NCBI GenBank assembly: GCA_022774645.1
Contig: JALFKQ010000032.1
Coordinates: 94,253 to 158,252 of the forward strand
Reading direction: 5' to 3'
From: Mycoplasmatota bacterium
Lineage (GTDB): Bacteria; Bacillota_I; Bacilli_A; RF39; UBA660
DNA length: 64,000 nucleotides
Position numbers and translations under genes: made by a program. The notes under the pieces are model-generated. The model searched no databases. It was not told where the DNA came from and was given only the letters and a program-made list of their open reading frames with translations. This document shows positions 35,276-45,494 of the stretch, in pieces (within the stretch, counting starts at the first letter, position 1; the number at the start of each line of letters is the position of its first letter).

Positions 35276-37228
35276 ATGTTTAAACTTGTAAGTAATTATA
35301 AACCTAGTGGAGATCAACCAGAAGCAATTAAGGAACTTGTAGATGGATTAAATGAAGGAAAAAAGAATCAAGTTTTGCTTGGAGCTACTGGTACTGGTAA
35401 AACTTTTACTATTGCTAATATTATTGCAGAAACTAATAAGCCAACATTAATACTTGCTCATAATAAAACACTTGCTGGACAATTATATGCTGAATTTAAA
35501 GAGTTATTTCCAGAGAACAAGGTTGAATATTTTGTATCATATTATGATTATTATCAACCAGAAGCTTATGTACCAAGTAAAGATTTATATATAGAAAAAG
35601 ATTCATCTATTAATGATGAGATTGATGAACTTAGACATGCAGCTGTTGCAGCTGTTATAGATAGAAGAGACACTATTATTGTATCAAGTGTTTCTTGTAT
35701 ATATAGTATTGGTGAAAAAGAAGAATATGTTAATAAAATGTTAAATCTTTCAGTAGGGGACTCTATTGATAGAGATGTTATTCTTGAAAAGCTAGTAGGT
35801 ATGCAATATGAAAGAAATGAACTTGATTTTAAAAGAGGTACTTTTAGAGTTAAGGGAGATACTATTGAACTTATACCTATTGGTGAAAAGAAAAGTGGAA
35901 TTAGAATAAGTATGTTTGGTGATGACATTGAAACTATATCATTCTTTGATCCATTAACTGGTAAAGTAAGTTCTAATGTAAGAACTGTTAGTATATTCCC
36001 AGCTTCATTATTTGTAACAAGTGATGAAAAAATGATTGAAGCAACTAAGAGAATTGAAGCTGAATTAAATGATAGACTTAAAGAATTACATGATAATGGT
36101 AAATTATTAGAAGAACAAAGACTTAAGGAAAGAACTATGTATGATTTAGAAATGCTTAGGGAAACTGGTTTTTGTCATGGTATTGAAAATTATAGTAGGC
36201 ATTTATCATTAAGAGATAAAGGGGAAACACCAACTACATTAATTGATTTCTTTCCAGATGATTTTTTGCTTGTTATTGATGAAAGTCATGTAACACTTCC
36301 ACAAGTTAGAGGTATGTATAATGGAGATCATATGAGAAAACAAACTCTTGTTGATTATGGTTTTAGATTACCTAGTGCGATGGATAATAGGCCTTTAAAA
36401 TTTGAAGAATTTAAAGAAAAGTTAAATCAAGTAATATATGTTTCAGCAACACCAGGGGATTATGAACTCTCTCTTGTTAATAATAAATGTGTAGAACAAA
36501 TAATCAGACCAACTGGACTTTTAGATCCAATTATTGAAGTTAAAAGTACTAAGAATCAAATCGATGATATTATTAATGAGATAAATGAAAGAATTAAAAA
36601 TAATGAAAGAGTTTTAATAACAACATTAACAATAAGAATGAGTGAAGAATTAACTTCGTATTTGAAAGAACTTGGTTATAAGGTGACTTATTTACATAAT
36701 GAAATTAAAACTCTTGAAAGACTTAATATTATTAGAAATTTAAGGCTTGGTAAGATTGATGTTATCGTAGGTATAAATCTTTTAAGAGAAGGTATAGATA
36801 TACCAGAAGTATCTTTAATATGTATAATGGATGCGGATAAGCAAGGATTCTTAAGAAGTGATAGAAGTTTAATTCAAACAATTGGTAGAGCAGCTCGTAA
36901 CAGTAATGGTAAAGTTATAATGTATGCTGATATTATGAGTGATGCGATGAAAACTGCAATATCAGAAACTGCTAGAAGAAGAGCTATTCAAGAAAAATAT
37001 AATAAAGAACATAATATTATACCTAAGACAATTCAAAAAGAGATTAAAGAAGCAATTAGTAATTCAGTAGAAGAAGAAAAGATAGAAAAAAATAAATATT
37101 CTAAGAGGGAACTTAATGAAATGATTCATAGACTTGAAGTTGAAATGAAAGAAGCTGCTTCTAGACTTGACTTTGAAAGAGCTACTGAATTAAGAGATGT
37201 AATATTCGAACTTAAAGATTTAAAGTAA
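35276..37228 (+). CDS. uvrB: excinuclease ABC subunit B
   Basis: [31 protein letters not shown] and a C-terminal UVR domain (FERATELRD). ATG 35276 follows GAAGGGTGA. Confidence 0.95.
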   Translation: MFKLVSNYKPSGDQPEAIKELVDGLNEGKKNQVLLGATGTGKTFTIANIIAETNKPTLILAHNKTLAGQLYAEFKELFPENKVEYFVSYYDYYQPEAYVPSKDLYIEKDSSINDEIDELRHAAVAAVIDRRDTIIVSSVSCIYSIGEKEEYVNKMLNLSVGDSIDRDVILEKLVGMQYERNELDFKRGTFRVKGDTIELIPIGEKKSGIRISMFGDDIETISFFDPLTGKVSSNVRTVSIFPASLFVTSDEKMIEATKRIEAELNDRLKELHDNGKLLEEQRLKERTMYDLEMLRETGFCHGIENYSRHLSLRDKGETPTTLIDFFPDDFLLVIDESHVTLPQVRGMYNGDHMRKQTLVDYGFRLPSAMDNRPLKFEEFKEKLNQVIYVSATPGDYELSLVNNKCVEQIIRPTGLLDPIIEVKSTKNQIDDIINEINERIKNNERVLITTLTIRMSEELTSYLKELGYKVTYLHNEIKTLERLNIIRNLRLGKIDVIVGINLLREGIDIPEVSLICIMDADKQGFLRSDRSLIQTIGRAARNSNGKVIMYADIMSDAMKTAISETARRRAIQEKYNKEHNIIPKTIQKEIKEAISNSVEEEKIEKNKYSKRELNEMIHRLEVEMKEAASRLDFERATELRDVIFELKDLK

Positions 37229-37243
37229 TTTAAATCTTTTTTT
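37214..37243 (+). terminator. intrinsic terminator
   Basis: AAAGATTTAAA-gtaa-TTTAAATCTTT followed by a T-run. It overlaps the uvrB stop. Confidence 0.75.
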
Positions 37244-37302
37244 ATTAATAATTGTAATTTTATACTTTTTTATTTATAATGTTTATAGTAGGAGTTGATC
37301 AT

Positions 37303-38214
37303 ATGATTAAATGTAATAAATGTGGTTCATCAAATAAAGATGGATCTAAATATTGTGGAAATTGTGGTAATGATTTAAATAGTAGTGTAAATGTAACTAA
37401 TAATGGTAATGGTCATGAAAAAACATTATTTTGTATATTAGGTTTTTTATTTCCAATCATTGGTATAATTGTTGGATGTATTTATTCTAAAAAGGATAAA
37501 GCTTTATCTAAGTCGATTATTATTTCTTCTGTTGTGGCTATTGGGTTACAAGCAATATTATTTATAGTATTATTTATTTTATTTATGATAGGTAGTATTA
37601 CTGAAGGAACGGATTTCGCTAATAAGGTAAACAGTTGTCGTAATTATTGTGGGTATAATTATCGAGTTGTAAATAATACTTGTACTTGTAAAGATGGTAC
37701 AAAATATGATTTAGAAACAGGTAAAAAAATAGAAGGTAATCATGGCGATAATGGTAGCATGAATGATAATCATGGAGATAGTGGTAACTTAGATGATAAC
37801 ATTATTCCTGAAAAAGAAATAATTATTGATGATGAAGTTACTGATGTTAATATGTCTAATTGGAAGAGAGACATTAATGAAGGAAAAGAAGTTGTTACAG
37901 TAATAGCAAGTTCAAGATGTCCACATTGTATAGCATATAAACCAGTTATTGAAGATATTGCTAGAAAATATAATATTAGATTATATTTCTTTGAATCAGA
38001 TCTTTTATCAAATAATGATTATGATGTTTTAACTGATATTGATAGTGATAAATTTAGATTTTCTGGTAGTGTTCCATTTACATTTATTGTTAGAAAGAAT
38101 GAATATATTAATGATACAGTTGGTTATTCTGATGCTCAAGATGTAGTTAATTTTTTAAATAGTAATGGATTTAAAATTGATGAAAATTATACTTATGAAA
38201 GCAATGGTATTTAA
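37303..38214 (+). CDS. zinc-ribbon / TM / extracytoplasmic thioredoxin-like protein
   Basis: MIKCNKCGSSNKDGSKYCGNCGN is a CxxC...CxxC zinc ribbon. Two TM helices follow. The C-terminus has CPHCIAYKPVIEDIARKY, a thioredoxin-fold CxxC. ATG 37303 follows AGGAG. Confidence 0.65.
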   Translation: MIKCNKCGSSNKDGSKYCGNCGNDLNSSVNVTNNGNGHEKTLFCILGFLFPIIGIIVGCIYSKKDKALSKSIIISSVVAIGLQAILFIVLFILFMIGSITEGTDFANKVNSCRNYCGYNYRVVNNTCTCKDGTKYDLETGKKIEGNHGDNGSMNDNHGDSGNLDDNIIPEKEIIIDDEVTDVNMSNWKRDINEGKEVVTVIASSRCPHCIAYKPVIEDIARKYNIRLYFFESDLLSNNDYDVLTDIDSDKFRFSGSVPFTFIVRKNEYINDTVGYSDAQDVVNFLNSNGFKIDENYTYESNGI

Positions 38215-38262
38215 ACTATTGTTTTCTTTTATTTTATGTTATAATACTTTCGGAGTTGATGA

Positions 38263-39678
38263 GTGATGAAAACACCTAATATGTTAGATGCTAAAAAGAG
38301 AAATCAAAATGATATAAAATATGTTAAATATAATAAAGAGTTTGATAAATTTGGTAATGGTAAAAAGTTTTTTGTAAGAACTTATGGTTGTCAAATGAAC
38401 GAACACGATTCTGAAAAAATTAAAGGTATGCTTAAAAGTGTTGACTTTAGTGAAGGAACAAGTGTTGATGATGCTGATATTGTTATTTTAAATACTTGTG
38501 CGATAAGAGAAAATGCTCATGATAAGGTATTTGGTTTTTTAGGAGTTCTTAAGCATTTAAAACAAAGTAAACCTGATTTATTAATTGGTTTATGTGGATG
38601 TATGGCTCAAGAAGAAGTTGTAGTTAATGACATTTTAAATAAATATAAATATGTTGATTTTGTATGTGGAACTCATAATCTTGATAATATGCTTTCAATA
38701 ATTAAGAATAAGATTGATACTGATAAAAGACAAATTGAAGTTCTTAGTTATGAAGGAGATGTTGTTGAAGGGGTACCAGTTGTAAGAGATAGTAAATACT
38801 CTGCTTGGATAGATATTATTTATGGCTGTGATAAATTCTGTACTTATTGCATAGTTCCATATACTAGGGGTACTCAAAGAAGTAGAAAACATGAAGATAT
38901 AGTAGAAGAAGTAAAGAAACTTGTTAGTGATGGTTATAAAGAAGTAACATTACTTGGTCAAAATGTTAATGCTTATGGTAAGGATTTGTATAAAGATTAT
39001 GATCTTTCTAATTTATTAAGTGATGTTAGTGATACAGGAATAGAAAGAATAAGATTTGTTACAAGCCATCCTTGGGATTTTACTGATAAGATGATAGATG
39101 TTATTGCTTCAAGAGATAATATTATGCCTTATATACATTTACCGCTTCAATCTGGTAGTAATAAAATTCTTAAACTTATGAATAGAAAGTATACAAGCGA
39201 AGAATATTTAAAACTATATAATAGTATTAGAGAAAAGGTTGCTGATTCTAGTGTGACAACTGATATTATTGTTGGTTTTCCAGGGGAAACAGAAGAAGAC
39301 TTTCTTGAAACTTTAAATCTTGTAGAAGAGTGTAAATTTGACGGAGCTTTTACATTTGCTTACAGTCCAAGAGAAAATACACCTGCTGCTTTAATGAAGG
39401 ATGCTATACCGGAAGAAGTTAAAATGGATAGATTACATAGATTAAATGAAGTAGTTAATAAATATAGTAATCTTAGAAATCAAAAGTTACTAGGTACTAC
39501 TGTTAAATGCTTAGTAATAGGTGAAAGTGAAAAAGATAAAAATAAGGTTTGTGGTTATACTGAAAATATGAAATTAGTTAATATTGAAGGGCCTAAATCT
39601 TTAATTGGAAATATTGTATCTGTTAAAATAACTGATACTAAGAGCTTTTCTCTTGATGGGGAATATATAAAGGAATAA
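38263..39678 (+). CDS. miaB: tRNA-2-methylthio-N6-dimethylallyladenosine synthase
   Basis: FFVRTYGCQMNEHDSE, the radical-SAM motif CDKFCTYCIVP and a TRAM C-terminus. The start may instead be ATG 38266. Confidence 0.9.
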   Translation: MMKTPNMLDAKKRNQNDIKYVKYNKEFDKFGNGKKFFVRTYGCQMNEHDSEKIKGMLKSVDFSEGTSVDDADIVILNTCAIRENAHDKVFGFLGVLKHLKQSKPDLLIGLCGCMAQEEVVVNDILNKYKYVDFVCGTHNLDNMLSIIKNKIDTDKRQIEVLSYEGDVVEGVPVVRDSKYSAWIDIIYGCDKFCTYCIVPYTRGTQRSRKHEDIVEEVKKLVSDGYKEVTLLGQNVNAYGKDLYKDYDLSNLLSDVSDTGIERIRFVTSHPWDFTDKMIDVIASRDNIMPYIHLPLQSGSNKILKLMNRKYTSEEYLKLYNSIREKVADSSVTTDIIVGFPGETEEDFLETLNLVEECKFDGAFTFAYSPRENTPAALMKDAIPEEVKMDRLHRLNEVVNKYSNLRNQKLLGTTVKCLVIGESEKDKNKVCGYTENMKLVNIEGPKSLIGNIVSVKITDTKSFSLDGEYIKE

Positions 39679-40260
39679 ATGGTGGTTATGAAAAAGATTT
39701 TGATATATGTATTTTTAATAATATTGGTTATTGGTAGTATTTATTTTTATAAAGATGAAAAGGGTAAAACTAATAATGCTGTTGATAATAATAAAACAAC
39801 TAATAAGGTAAAAGAAGAAATTAAATGTATAGCTGATTATGAGTGTACTATTAAAGATAATAAAAAATATTATTTTAGTAATAGAATAAGTGTTAATGTT
39901 AATGATATGTATAATTATGTAAATGATGAAGCTGAAGCTGGAATACTAAAAATTGATGATAATAAATTAGAGTTTGTTGGTCTTGATGGAAAAGTGATTA
40001 AAGAATTTAATGAAATAAATGATCCTATGTATATTGAGTCTAATGATAAATGTAATGAAAAATATTTTGTTGTTTTAACAAAAGATGGTAAAGTATATAG
40101 AACTGATTTACAGGAAGGTTTATTTGTTGAATCTGCATTTTATCAAGTAGAACTTGATTATGTTGTTAAAGGAATTTCTCTTACTGATGGAAATAATACT
40201 TGTATAAATAATCTTACTGTTTTAGATAGTGAAGGTAATATTAAGGAACTAAGTAATTAG
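39679..40260 (+). CDS. membrane-anchored hypothetical protein
   Basis: N-terminal TM helix. No family recognised. Confidence 0.5.
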   Translation: MVVMKKILIYVFLIILVIGSIYFYKDEKGKTNNAVDNNKTTNKVKEEIKCIADYECTIKDNKKYYFSNRISVNVNDMYNYVNDEAEAGILKIDDNKLEFVGLDGKVIKEFNEINDPMYIESNDKCNEKYFVVLTKDGKVYRTDLQEGLFVESAFYQVELDYVVKGISLTDGNNTCINNLTVLDSEGNIKELSN

Positions 40261-40282
40261 TTTCTTTTTTTGATAATATATA

Positions 40283-40296
40283 CAAACAAACATTTG
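40283..40296. promoter_or_regulatory. putative SOS-like operator, one mismatch (CAAACAAACATTTG)
   Basis: It lies 11 nt upstream of the -35 hexamer, the same spacing as at recA. Confidence 0.4.
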
Positions 40297-40307
40297 TATA
40301 TATTTTA

Positions 40308-40336
40308 TTGACATTTTGCTAATTAAATATTATATT
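40308..40336 (+). promoter_or_regulatory. candidate promoter of the HAD-MBL-priA-fmt operon
   Basis: TTGACA (40308-13), 17 nt of spacer, then TATATT (40331-36). Confidence 0.55.
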
Positions 40337-40355
40337 GTTATAGAGAGGTAGTATT

Positions 40356-40862
40356 ATGAAAAGATTGTATATAGATTTTGATGGAGTAGTAATGGATACT
40401 ATTCCTGAACTTTATGATGCACTTGAAAAAAGTGGAGCTGATGTAACTAGTCAAAGAGAGATAACTATATTTTTCTCTTCTTATGATTTTACTAAAGTTG
40501 TTAATGATAAAAATATTTTAAATGATTCAATTGAATGTATTAAGAAGTTACAAAATAGTGGTTTATTTGAAATATCTTTTTTAACTCATATTAATTCTTT
40601 AACAGAGGGTATTGTTAAAGTAGATTATTTAAGAAGATATTTTGATGATATAAATATTATAATGGTTCCAAAAGAGATATCTAAAACTAAAGTCGTGCAT
40701 AGTAAAGGAGCTATACTTGTGGATGATTATTCTGGTAATTTAAAAGAATGGGAAGATAATGGTGGTATAGCTGTTAGATTTTCTAAGGAAATGGAATCAC
40801 ATGGATATAAAGTTATTAATAAACTCGATCAATTAATTGATATGTTTGAAAGTGAGGAATAA
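40356..40862 (+). CDS. HAD-superfamily hydrolase (5'(3')-deoxyribonucleotidase-like)
   Basis: LYIDFDGVVMDT is a DxDxV motif. The size and the VDDY motif resemble YorS/NT5C-type nucleotidases. Confidence 0.6.
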   Translation: MKRLYIDFDGVVMDTIPELYDALEKSGADVTSQREITIFFSSYDFTKVVNDKNILNDSIECIKKLQNSGLFEISFLTHINSLTEGIVKVDYLRRYFDDINIIMVPKEISKTKVVHSKGAILVDDYSGNLKEWEDNGGIAVRFSKEMESHGYKVINKLDQLIDMFESEE

Positions 40863-40863
40863 T

Positions 40864-41394
40864 ATGGTTGATGTTATTAGAGTTGTTACAGGATTTTTAA
40901 AAGAAAACTGTTATATAATACATAATGGTATTGATTGTTTAGTGGTTGATCCAGGTAGTGATCAAGAAAAAATACTTACTGAAATTAATAAAAAAGGATT
41001 AAAAGTTAAAGGAATATTAATAACTCATTATCATTTTGATCATGTTGGTTGTTTGGAAGCTTTTAAAGAAATATATCCTACTGCTAGAATAGTTGATTAT
41101 AAAACAAAAGGTGATGTTAAAATAAATACTTTTGAATTTAAAGTAATTGAAACTTATGGTCATACTATGGATAGTGTTTCTTTCTATTTTGATAAAAATG
41201 ATATATTATTTACAGGCGATTTTGTATTTAAAGGCACTATTGGTAATTTTGAAGAGGATAATGAATCAAGTATGTTTAATAGTTTAAAAATATTTAAATA
41301 TATGTCTACTAATGTAAAAATATATCCAGGTCACGATGAAGAAACAACAGTAGAAGCAGAGCTTAAAAATAATCCTTTTTTGAAAGGAATATAA
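40864..41394 (+). CDS. MBL-fold metallo-hydrolase
   Basis: ITHYHFDHVG is an HxHxDH motif, with later GH and HD motifs. ATG 40864 follows GAGGA. The track start 40837 overlaps the previous gene. Confidence 0.8.
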   Translation: MVDVIRVVTGFLKENCYIIHNGIDCLVVDPGSDQEKILTEINKKGLKVKGILITHYHFDHVGCLEAFKEIYPTARIVDYKTKGDVKINTFEFKVIETYGHTMDSVSFYFDKNDILFTGDFVFKGTIGNFEEDNESSMFNSLKIFKYMSTNVKIYPGHDEETTVEAELKNNPFLKGI

Positions 41395-43550
41395 TGCTTG
41401 CTAGTGTATTAATACAATATTCAGTTAAATCACTTAATAAAGTATTTGATTACATTGTTCCAGATGAATTAAAAGATATTATTAGAGTTGGTCATAAAGT
41501 AATAGTTTCTTTTGGAAATAGTGAAGTAGAAGGATTTGTGCTAAAACTTCATAATAATAAAGAAAAAAATGTTAATTATAAATCTGTTATTAAGATACAA
41601 GAAAGTGATTTTTATTTAAATGATGAATTACTTGAATTAGGAAAAAGTTTAAGTAATTCTTTATTATGTAATTTAATAAGTTGTTATCAAGTAATGTTAC
41701 CAAAAGCTTTAAAAGCTTCTTATAAAACAAATATTAATAGAAAATATGAGACTATTATTTCTCTTAATAAAGAAACTGATATTGATAAATATGTTTTAGA
41801 ACATAAAAGAAGTAAAAAAGAAATTGAAATTATAGAATTATTAAAGAAAAATGATATTAATAAGAAAAAAATTAATTCTAGTTCATTAAAGAATTTAATT
41901 TTGAATAATGTTGTTTTAGAAAATAAAATAGAGGTTAATAGAGAAGTATCATTTTTAGATGAAAAAGCGAAGGATATAAAGCTTACTGATTTTCAAGAGA
42001 GTGCTGTTAATGAAATACTTTTATCAAATGATAATAGGTTTTTATTATATGGTGTTACTGGTAGTGGTAAAACAGAAGTATATATTGAATTATTAAAAAG
42101 AACAATTAGTAATGGTAAAACAGGAATTGTTCTTGTCCCTGAAATATCATTAACACCACAAATTGTATCTAGGTTTAAATCAGTGTTTGGAAATAGTGTT
42201 GCTGTATTTCATAGTTCACTTAGTGAAGGAGAAAAATATGATGAATATAGAAGAATTATGAATCATGAAGTATCCTTAGTAGTTGGTGCTAGAAGTGCTA
42301 TATTTGTACCTCTTAATAATATTGGTCTTATAATTGTTGATGAATGTCAAAGTACGACTTATAAACAAGAGAATACTCCTAAATATAATGCAATTGATGT
42401 TGCTTTTCTAAGAGGTGAATATAATAATGCTAAGGTTGTACTTGGAAGTGCAACACCTAGTCTTGAACAATATATTAGAGCTAAAAAGAATGTTTATCAT
42501 TTAGTTAATTTAAATAAAAGAATAAGTGGGAAATTTCCTAGTATTGAAATAGTTGATATGGAAAAAGAATCACATAAGCATAATTATATTATTAGTGATA
42601 AACTTGATAAAGAAATTAAAAATTGTATAAGTAGGGATGAACAAGTAATTCTTCTTTTGAATAGAAGAGGTTTTAGTACATTTTTATCTTGTACTAATTG
42701 TGGATATGTTTATAAATGTCCTAACTGTGATATATCACTTATATATCATAAAAGTAGTAATTCTTATTCTTGTCATTATTGTGGATATAGAGTTGTTAAA
42801 AGTGATATATGTCCTAAGTGTCATGAAGATGCGATAAGAGATCTTGGTCTTGGAACAGAAAAGCTTGAAGAAATGATATCTAAAAAATATAATGTTCTAG
42901 TTCTTAGAATGGATGCTGATACTACTAGTACTAAAAATTCTCATCAAAAATTAATAAGTGAATTTGGTAGTGGTAAATATAATATTTTAGTTGGTACTCA
43001 AATGATCTCAAAAGGACTTAACTTTGAAAATGTTAGTTTAGTTGGTGTTATTAATAGTGATTCTGCATTACTTATGCCAGATTTTAGAAGTAGTGAAAGA
43101 GCTTACGAATTATTAAGTCAGACTGCTGGTAGAGTTGGTAGATTTAATTTACCAGGGAAAGTTATTATTCAAACATATAATCCTACTAATTATGTTTATA
43201 CTGCTGTTACTAAGAATGATTACGAATATTTTTTTAATTATGAAATGAACATTAGAAAACAGTTAATGTATCCACCATATTATTATATTTGCAACCTTAC
43301 TATGATTAGTGATTCATTTGAAAAATCAAGAGATACCGCTAATACTATTAAAAAGTATCTTGATAGTAATTTAGATTCTAGTTATATAGTTTTAGGTCCA
43401 AGTGTGGCATCTATTGTTAAACTAAAAAATAAATATAGATTTAATATTATGATTAAATACAAGAAAAATGATTTACTTATGAAAGTTTTAAAAGAGATAA
43501 ATGAAAATAATTATGGTAGTGTCACTATTGATATAAATGTAAATATTTAA
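41394..43550 (+). CDS. priA: primosomal replication-restart helicase PriA
   Basis: GVTGSGKTEVY, DECQ and the four CxxC zinc motifs (CTNCGY..CPNCD..CHYCGY..CPKC). Confidence 0.9.
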   Translation: MLASVLIQYSVKSLNKVFDYIVPDELKDIIRVGHKVIVSFGNSEVEGFVLKLHNNKEKNVNYKSVIKIQESDFYLNDELLELGKSLSNSLLCNLISCYQVMLPKALKASYKTNINRKYETIISLNKETDIDKYVLEHKRSKKEIEIIELLKKNDINKKKINSSSLKNLILNNVVLENKIEVNREVSFLDEKAKDIKLTDFQESAVNEILLSNDNRFLLYGVTGSGKTEVYIELLKRTISNGKTGIVLVPEISLTPQIVSRFKSVFGNSVAVFHSSLSEGEKYDEYRRIMNHEVSLVVGARSAIFVPLNNIGLIIVDECQSTTYKQENTPKYNAIDVAFLRGEYNNAKVVLGSATPSLEQYIRAKKNVYHLVNLNKRISGKFPSIEIVDMEKESHKHNYIISDKLDKEIKNCISRDEQVILLLNRRGFSTFLSCTNCGYVYKCPNCDISLIYHKSSNSYSCHYCGYRVVKSDICPKCHEDAIRDLGLGTEKLEEMISKKYNVLVLRMDADTTSTKNSHQKLISEFGSGKYNILVGTQMISKGLNFENVSLVGVINSDSALLMPDFRSSERAYELLSQTAGRVGRFNLPGKVIIQTYNPTNYVYTAVTKNDYEYFFNYEMNIRKQLMYPPYYYICNLTMISDSFEKSRDTANTIKKYLDSNLDSSYIVLGPSVASIVKLKNKYRFNIMIKYKKNDLLMKVLKEINENNYGSVTIDINVNI

Positions 43551-43571
43551 TATAATTTAGGTGGTGAAAAG

Positions 43572-44504
43572 ATGAAAAATAAAAAAGTTGTTTTTATGGG
43601 TACTCCTTTGTTTAGTGTGCCAGTACTTGAAATGTTAATAGAAAATACAAATGTTGTTTTGGTAGTTACTCAACCTGATAGTTTTGTTGGAAGAAAAAAG
43701 GAATTAAAATATCCACCTGTTAAAGAGTGTGCAATTAAACATAATATTCCTGTATTTCAGCCAACAAAGATTAGAAATGAATATGAAGAAATTCTTAAAT
43801 ATAATCCAGATATTATTATTACTTGTGCTTATGGTCAAATAATACCTAGTATTTTACTTGATACTCCTAAATATAAGGCTGTTAATGTTCATGCATCATT
43901 ACTTCCTAAATTAAGAGGTGGAAGTCCACTTCATAAGTGTATAATTGATGGATACTCAGAAACTGGTGTTACAATTATGTATATGGCACCAGGAATGGAT
44001 GATGGAGATATTATCACTCAAAAGAAAATTAATATAGAAGATAGTGATAATGTTGGAACTATTCATGATAAATTAAGTGTTATGGGTAGAGATTTATTGC
44101 TTCTAACTCTTCCTTCTATATTTGATGGTACTTGTAATAGAACTAAGCAAAATGAAAGTGAAGTTACATTCGCATATAATATTAAAAGAGAAGAAGAAAA
44201 ACTTGACTTTAATAAAACTGCAAGAGAGGTATTCAATCAAATAAGAGGTATGTATCCTTTTCCAATAGCATATACAACATTAAATGATGAAATAATTAAA
44301 ATATGTGAAAGCAAAATAGGCGATAAAACTACCGGTAAAATAGGTGAAATAATTGCTTTATATGATAATGGTATTGGGGTTAAATGTAGTGATAAGGAAA
44401 TTATTATTACTAAATTAAAACCTAGTGGTAAAAAAGAAATGCAAGCAAAAGATTTTATTAATGGTAGAGGAAAAGATAAACTTTTAGGAGAAAAATTATG
44501 TTAG
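43572..44504 (+). CDS. fmt: methionyl-tRNA formyltransferase
   Basis: VFMGTP.F, NVHASLLPKLRGGSPL and LKPSGKKEM. Confidence 0.9.
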   Translation: MKNKKVVFMGTPLFSVPVLEMLIENTNVVLVVTQPDSFVGRKKELKYPPVKECAIKHNIPVFQPTKIRNEYEEILKYNPDIIITCAYGQIIPSILLDTPKYKAVNVHASLLPKLRGGSPLHKCIIDGYSETGVTIMYMAPGMDDGDIITQKKINIEDSDNVGTIHDKLSVMGRDLLLLTLPSIFDGTCNRTKQNESEVTFAYNIKREEEKLDFNKTAREVFNQIRGMYPFPIAYTTLNDEIIKICESKIGDKTTGKIGEIIALYDNGIGVKCSDKEIIITKLKPSGKKEMQAKDFINGRGKDKLLGEKLC

Positions 44505-45274
44505 AAAAAATATTAGAGTTTGAAGAAAAAAGAAAAGAAAAGAAAAAAGCAAGATCTCCTAAAATGTTAGAAGTATATCTAATAATATTAGGTATTGCTA
44601 TAATATTTGTTTTAATTAATTCTATTTTTTCAGATGGAAGTTCAAGAAGAAAAAATGCTGATATTAAACCAAACATATCAGTTGAGAATGTAAATGAATA
44701 TTTTAGTAATATAAAAAATAATTATAATTTATCTGTAAAAGTTTCTAGTGATTTAAGTGATTTTGAATTTATTTATGAAACTGATGGTAAATTTGAAGGA
44801 TTTGAAATTGATAAATATAATTTGAAATATTTTAAATATAATAATAAGTTTTATACTATAAATAAAAATCAAACAAATATTGTCAAATATACTGATAATG
44901 TTTATAGTGATACATATATAAATAGTAAGTTTTATGATTTTGAATTTATTAAAAATATTTTTAATAAATGTGAATATAAATATAAAAGTAGAAATATAAC
45001 TGAATGTAATATAAAATTTAATGATTTATTAAGTATTTATAATAATTTATATAATTCAAGTTATAGTGTGTATGATGATAAAACTACTGTTACTATGTTA
45101 GTATATAATAGTGGAAAACATGTTACTAATTTTAAAATGGATTATAAATTACTTAATAATATTATTAATGAAAATAGATATAATAGTCTTATATATAATA
45201 TTTATATATCTAATATTGATAAAATTGATAATACTGATATATATAATCAATTTTCTGATATATTTGAAAAATAA
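44498..45274 (+). CDS. membrane-anchored hypothetical protein (Asn/Tyr-rich)
   Basis: Single N-terminal TM. No family recognised. Confidence 0.5.
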   Translation: MLEKILEFEEKRKEKKKARSPKMLEVYLIILGIAIIFVLINSIFSDGSSRRKNADIKPNISVENVNEYFSNIKNNYNLSVKVSSDLSDFEFIYETDGKFEGFEIDKYNLKYFKYNNKFYTINKNQTNIVKYTDNVYSDTYINSKFYDFEFIKNIFNKCEYKYKSRNITECNIKFNDLLSIYNNLYNSSYSVYDDKTTVTMLVYNSGKHVTNFKMDYKLLNNIINENRYNSLIYNIYISNIDKIDNTDIYNQFSDIFEK

Positions 45275-45407
45275 AACTAGTTTTGTCGAATCTAATGAAA
45301 TAGTATTTTAATTGTTTTATCATATATATGGAGGTGGAACAATAGATATAAATACTTATTTTAAAAGATTAGATGAAGATATTAACTTATGTATATTAGC
45401 TTATGCT

Positions 45408-45436
45408 GAACAAGTCAACTGACTTGTTTTTTCTTT
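45408..45436 (+). terminator. intrinsic terminator
   Basis: GAACAAGTC-aact-GACTTGTT(T) followed by a T-run. Confidence 0.6.
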
Positions 45437-45439
45437 GAA

Positions 45440-45469
45440 TTGACAAACATATATTTTTTGATGTAAAAT
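45440..45469 (+). promoter_or_regulatory. candidate gpsB/rnpB promoter
   Basis: TTGACA (45440-45), 18 nt of spacer, then TAAAAT (45464-69). Confidence 0.55.
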
Positions 45470-45494
45470 TATATTGGAAGAGAGGCTAAAAAGT

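Noticed and set aside
35566-35928. Track ORF 35566-35928 (-), and other antisense or out-of-frame ORFs (8845-9054, 23665-23925, 38695-38892, 44458-44676, 45111-45311, 45614-45859, 47581-47766, 48119-48310, 48344-48595, 49644-49886, 50239-50436, 53410-53610, 54131-54373, 57724-57999, 58423-58668, 58675-58857, 61799-62002)
   Set aside because: Each lies inside or opposite a gene with unambiguous homology (uvrB, tagF-like, miaB, fmt, gpsB/rnpB, recA, cysS, rnj and others). ORF 45614-45859 also runs through the RNase P RNA.
45275-45407. Small ORFs and a GGAGGTGG RBS-like element between 44498-45274 and the terminator at 45408
   Set aside because: The ATG following the RBS opens only a 5-codon ORF. 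The longer frame (…INTYFKRLDEDINLCILAYAEQVN) lacks a canonical start. It is possibly a gene remnant, but that cannot be supported.
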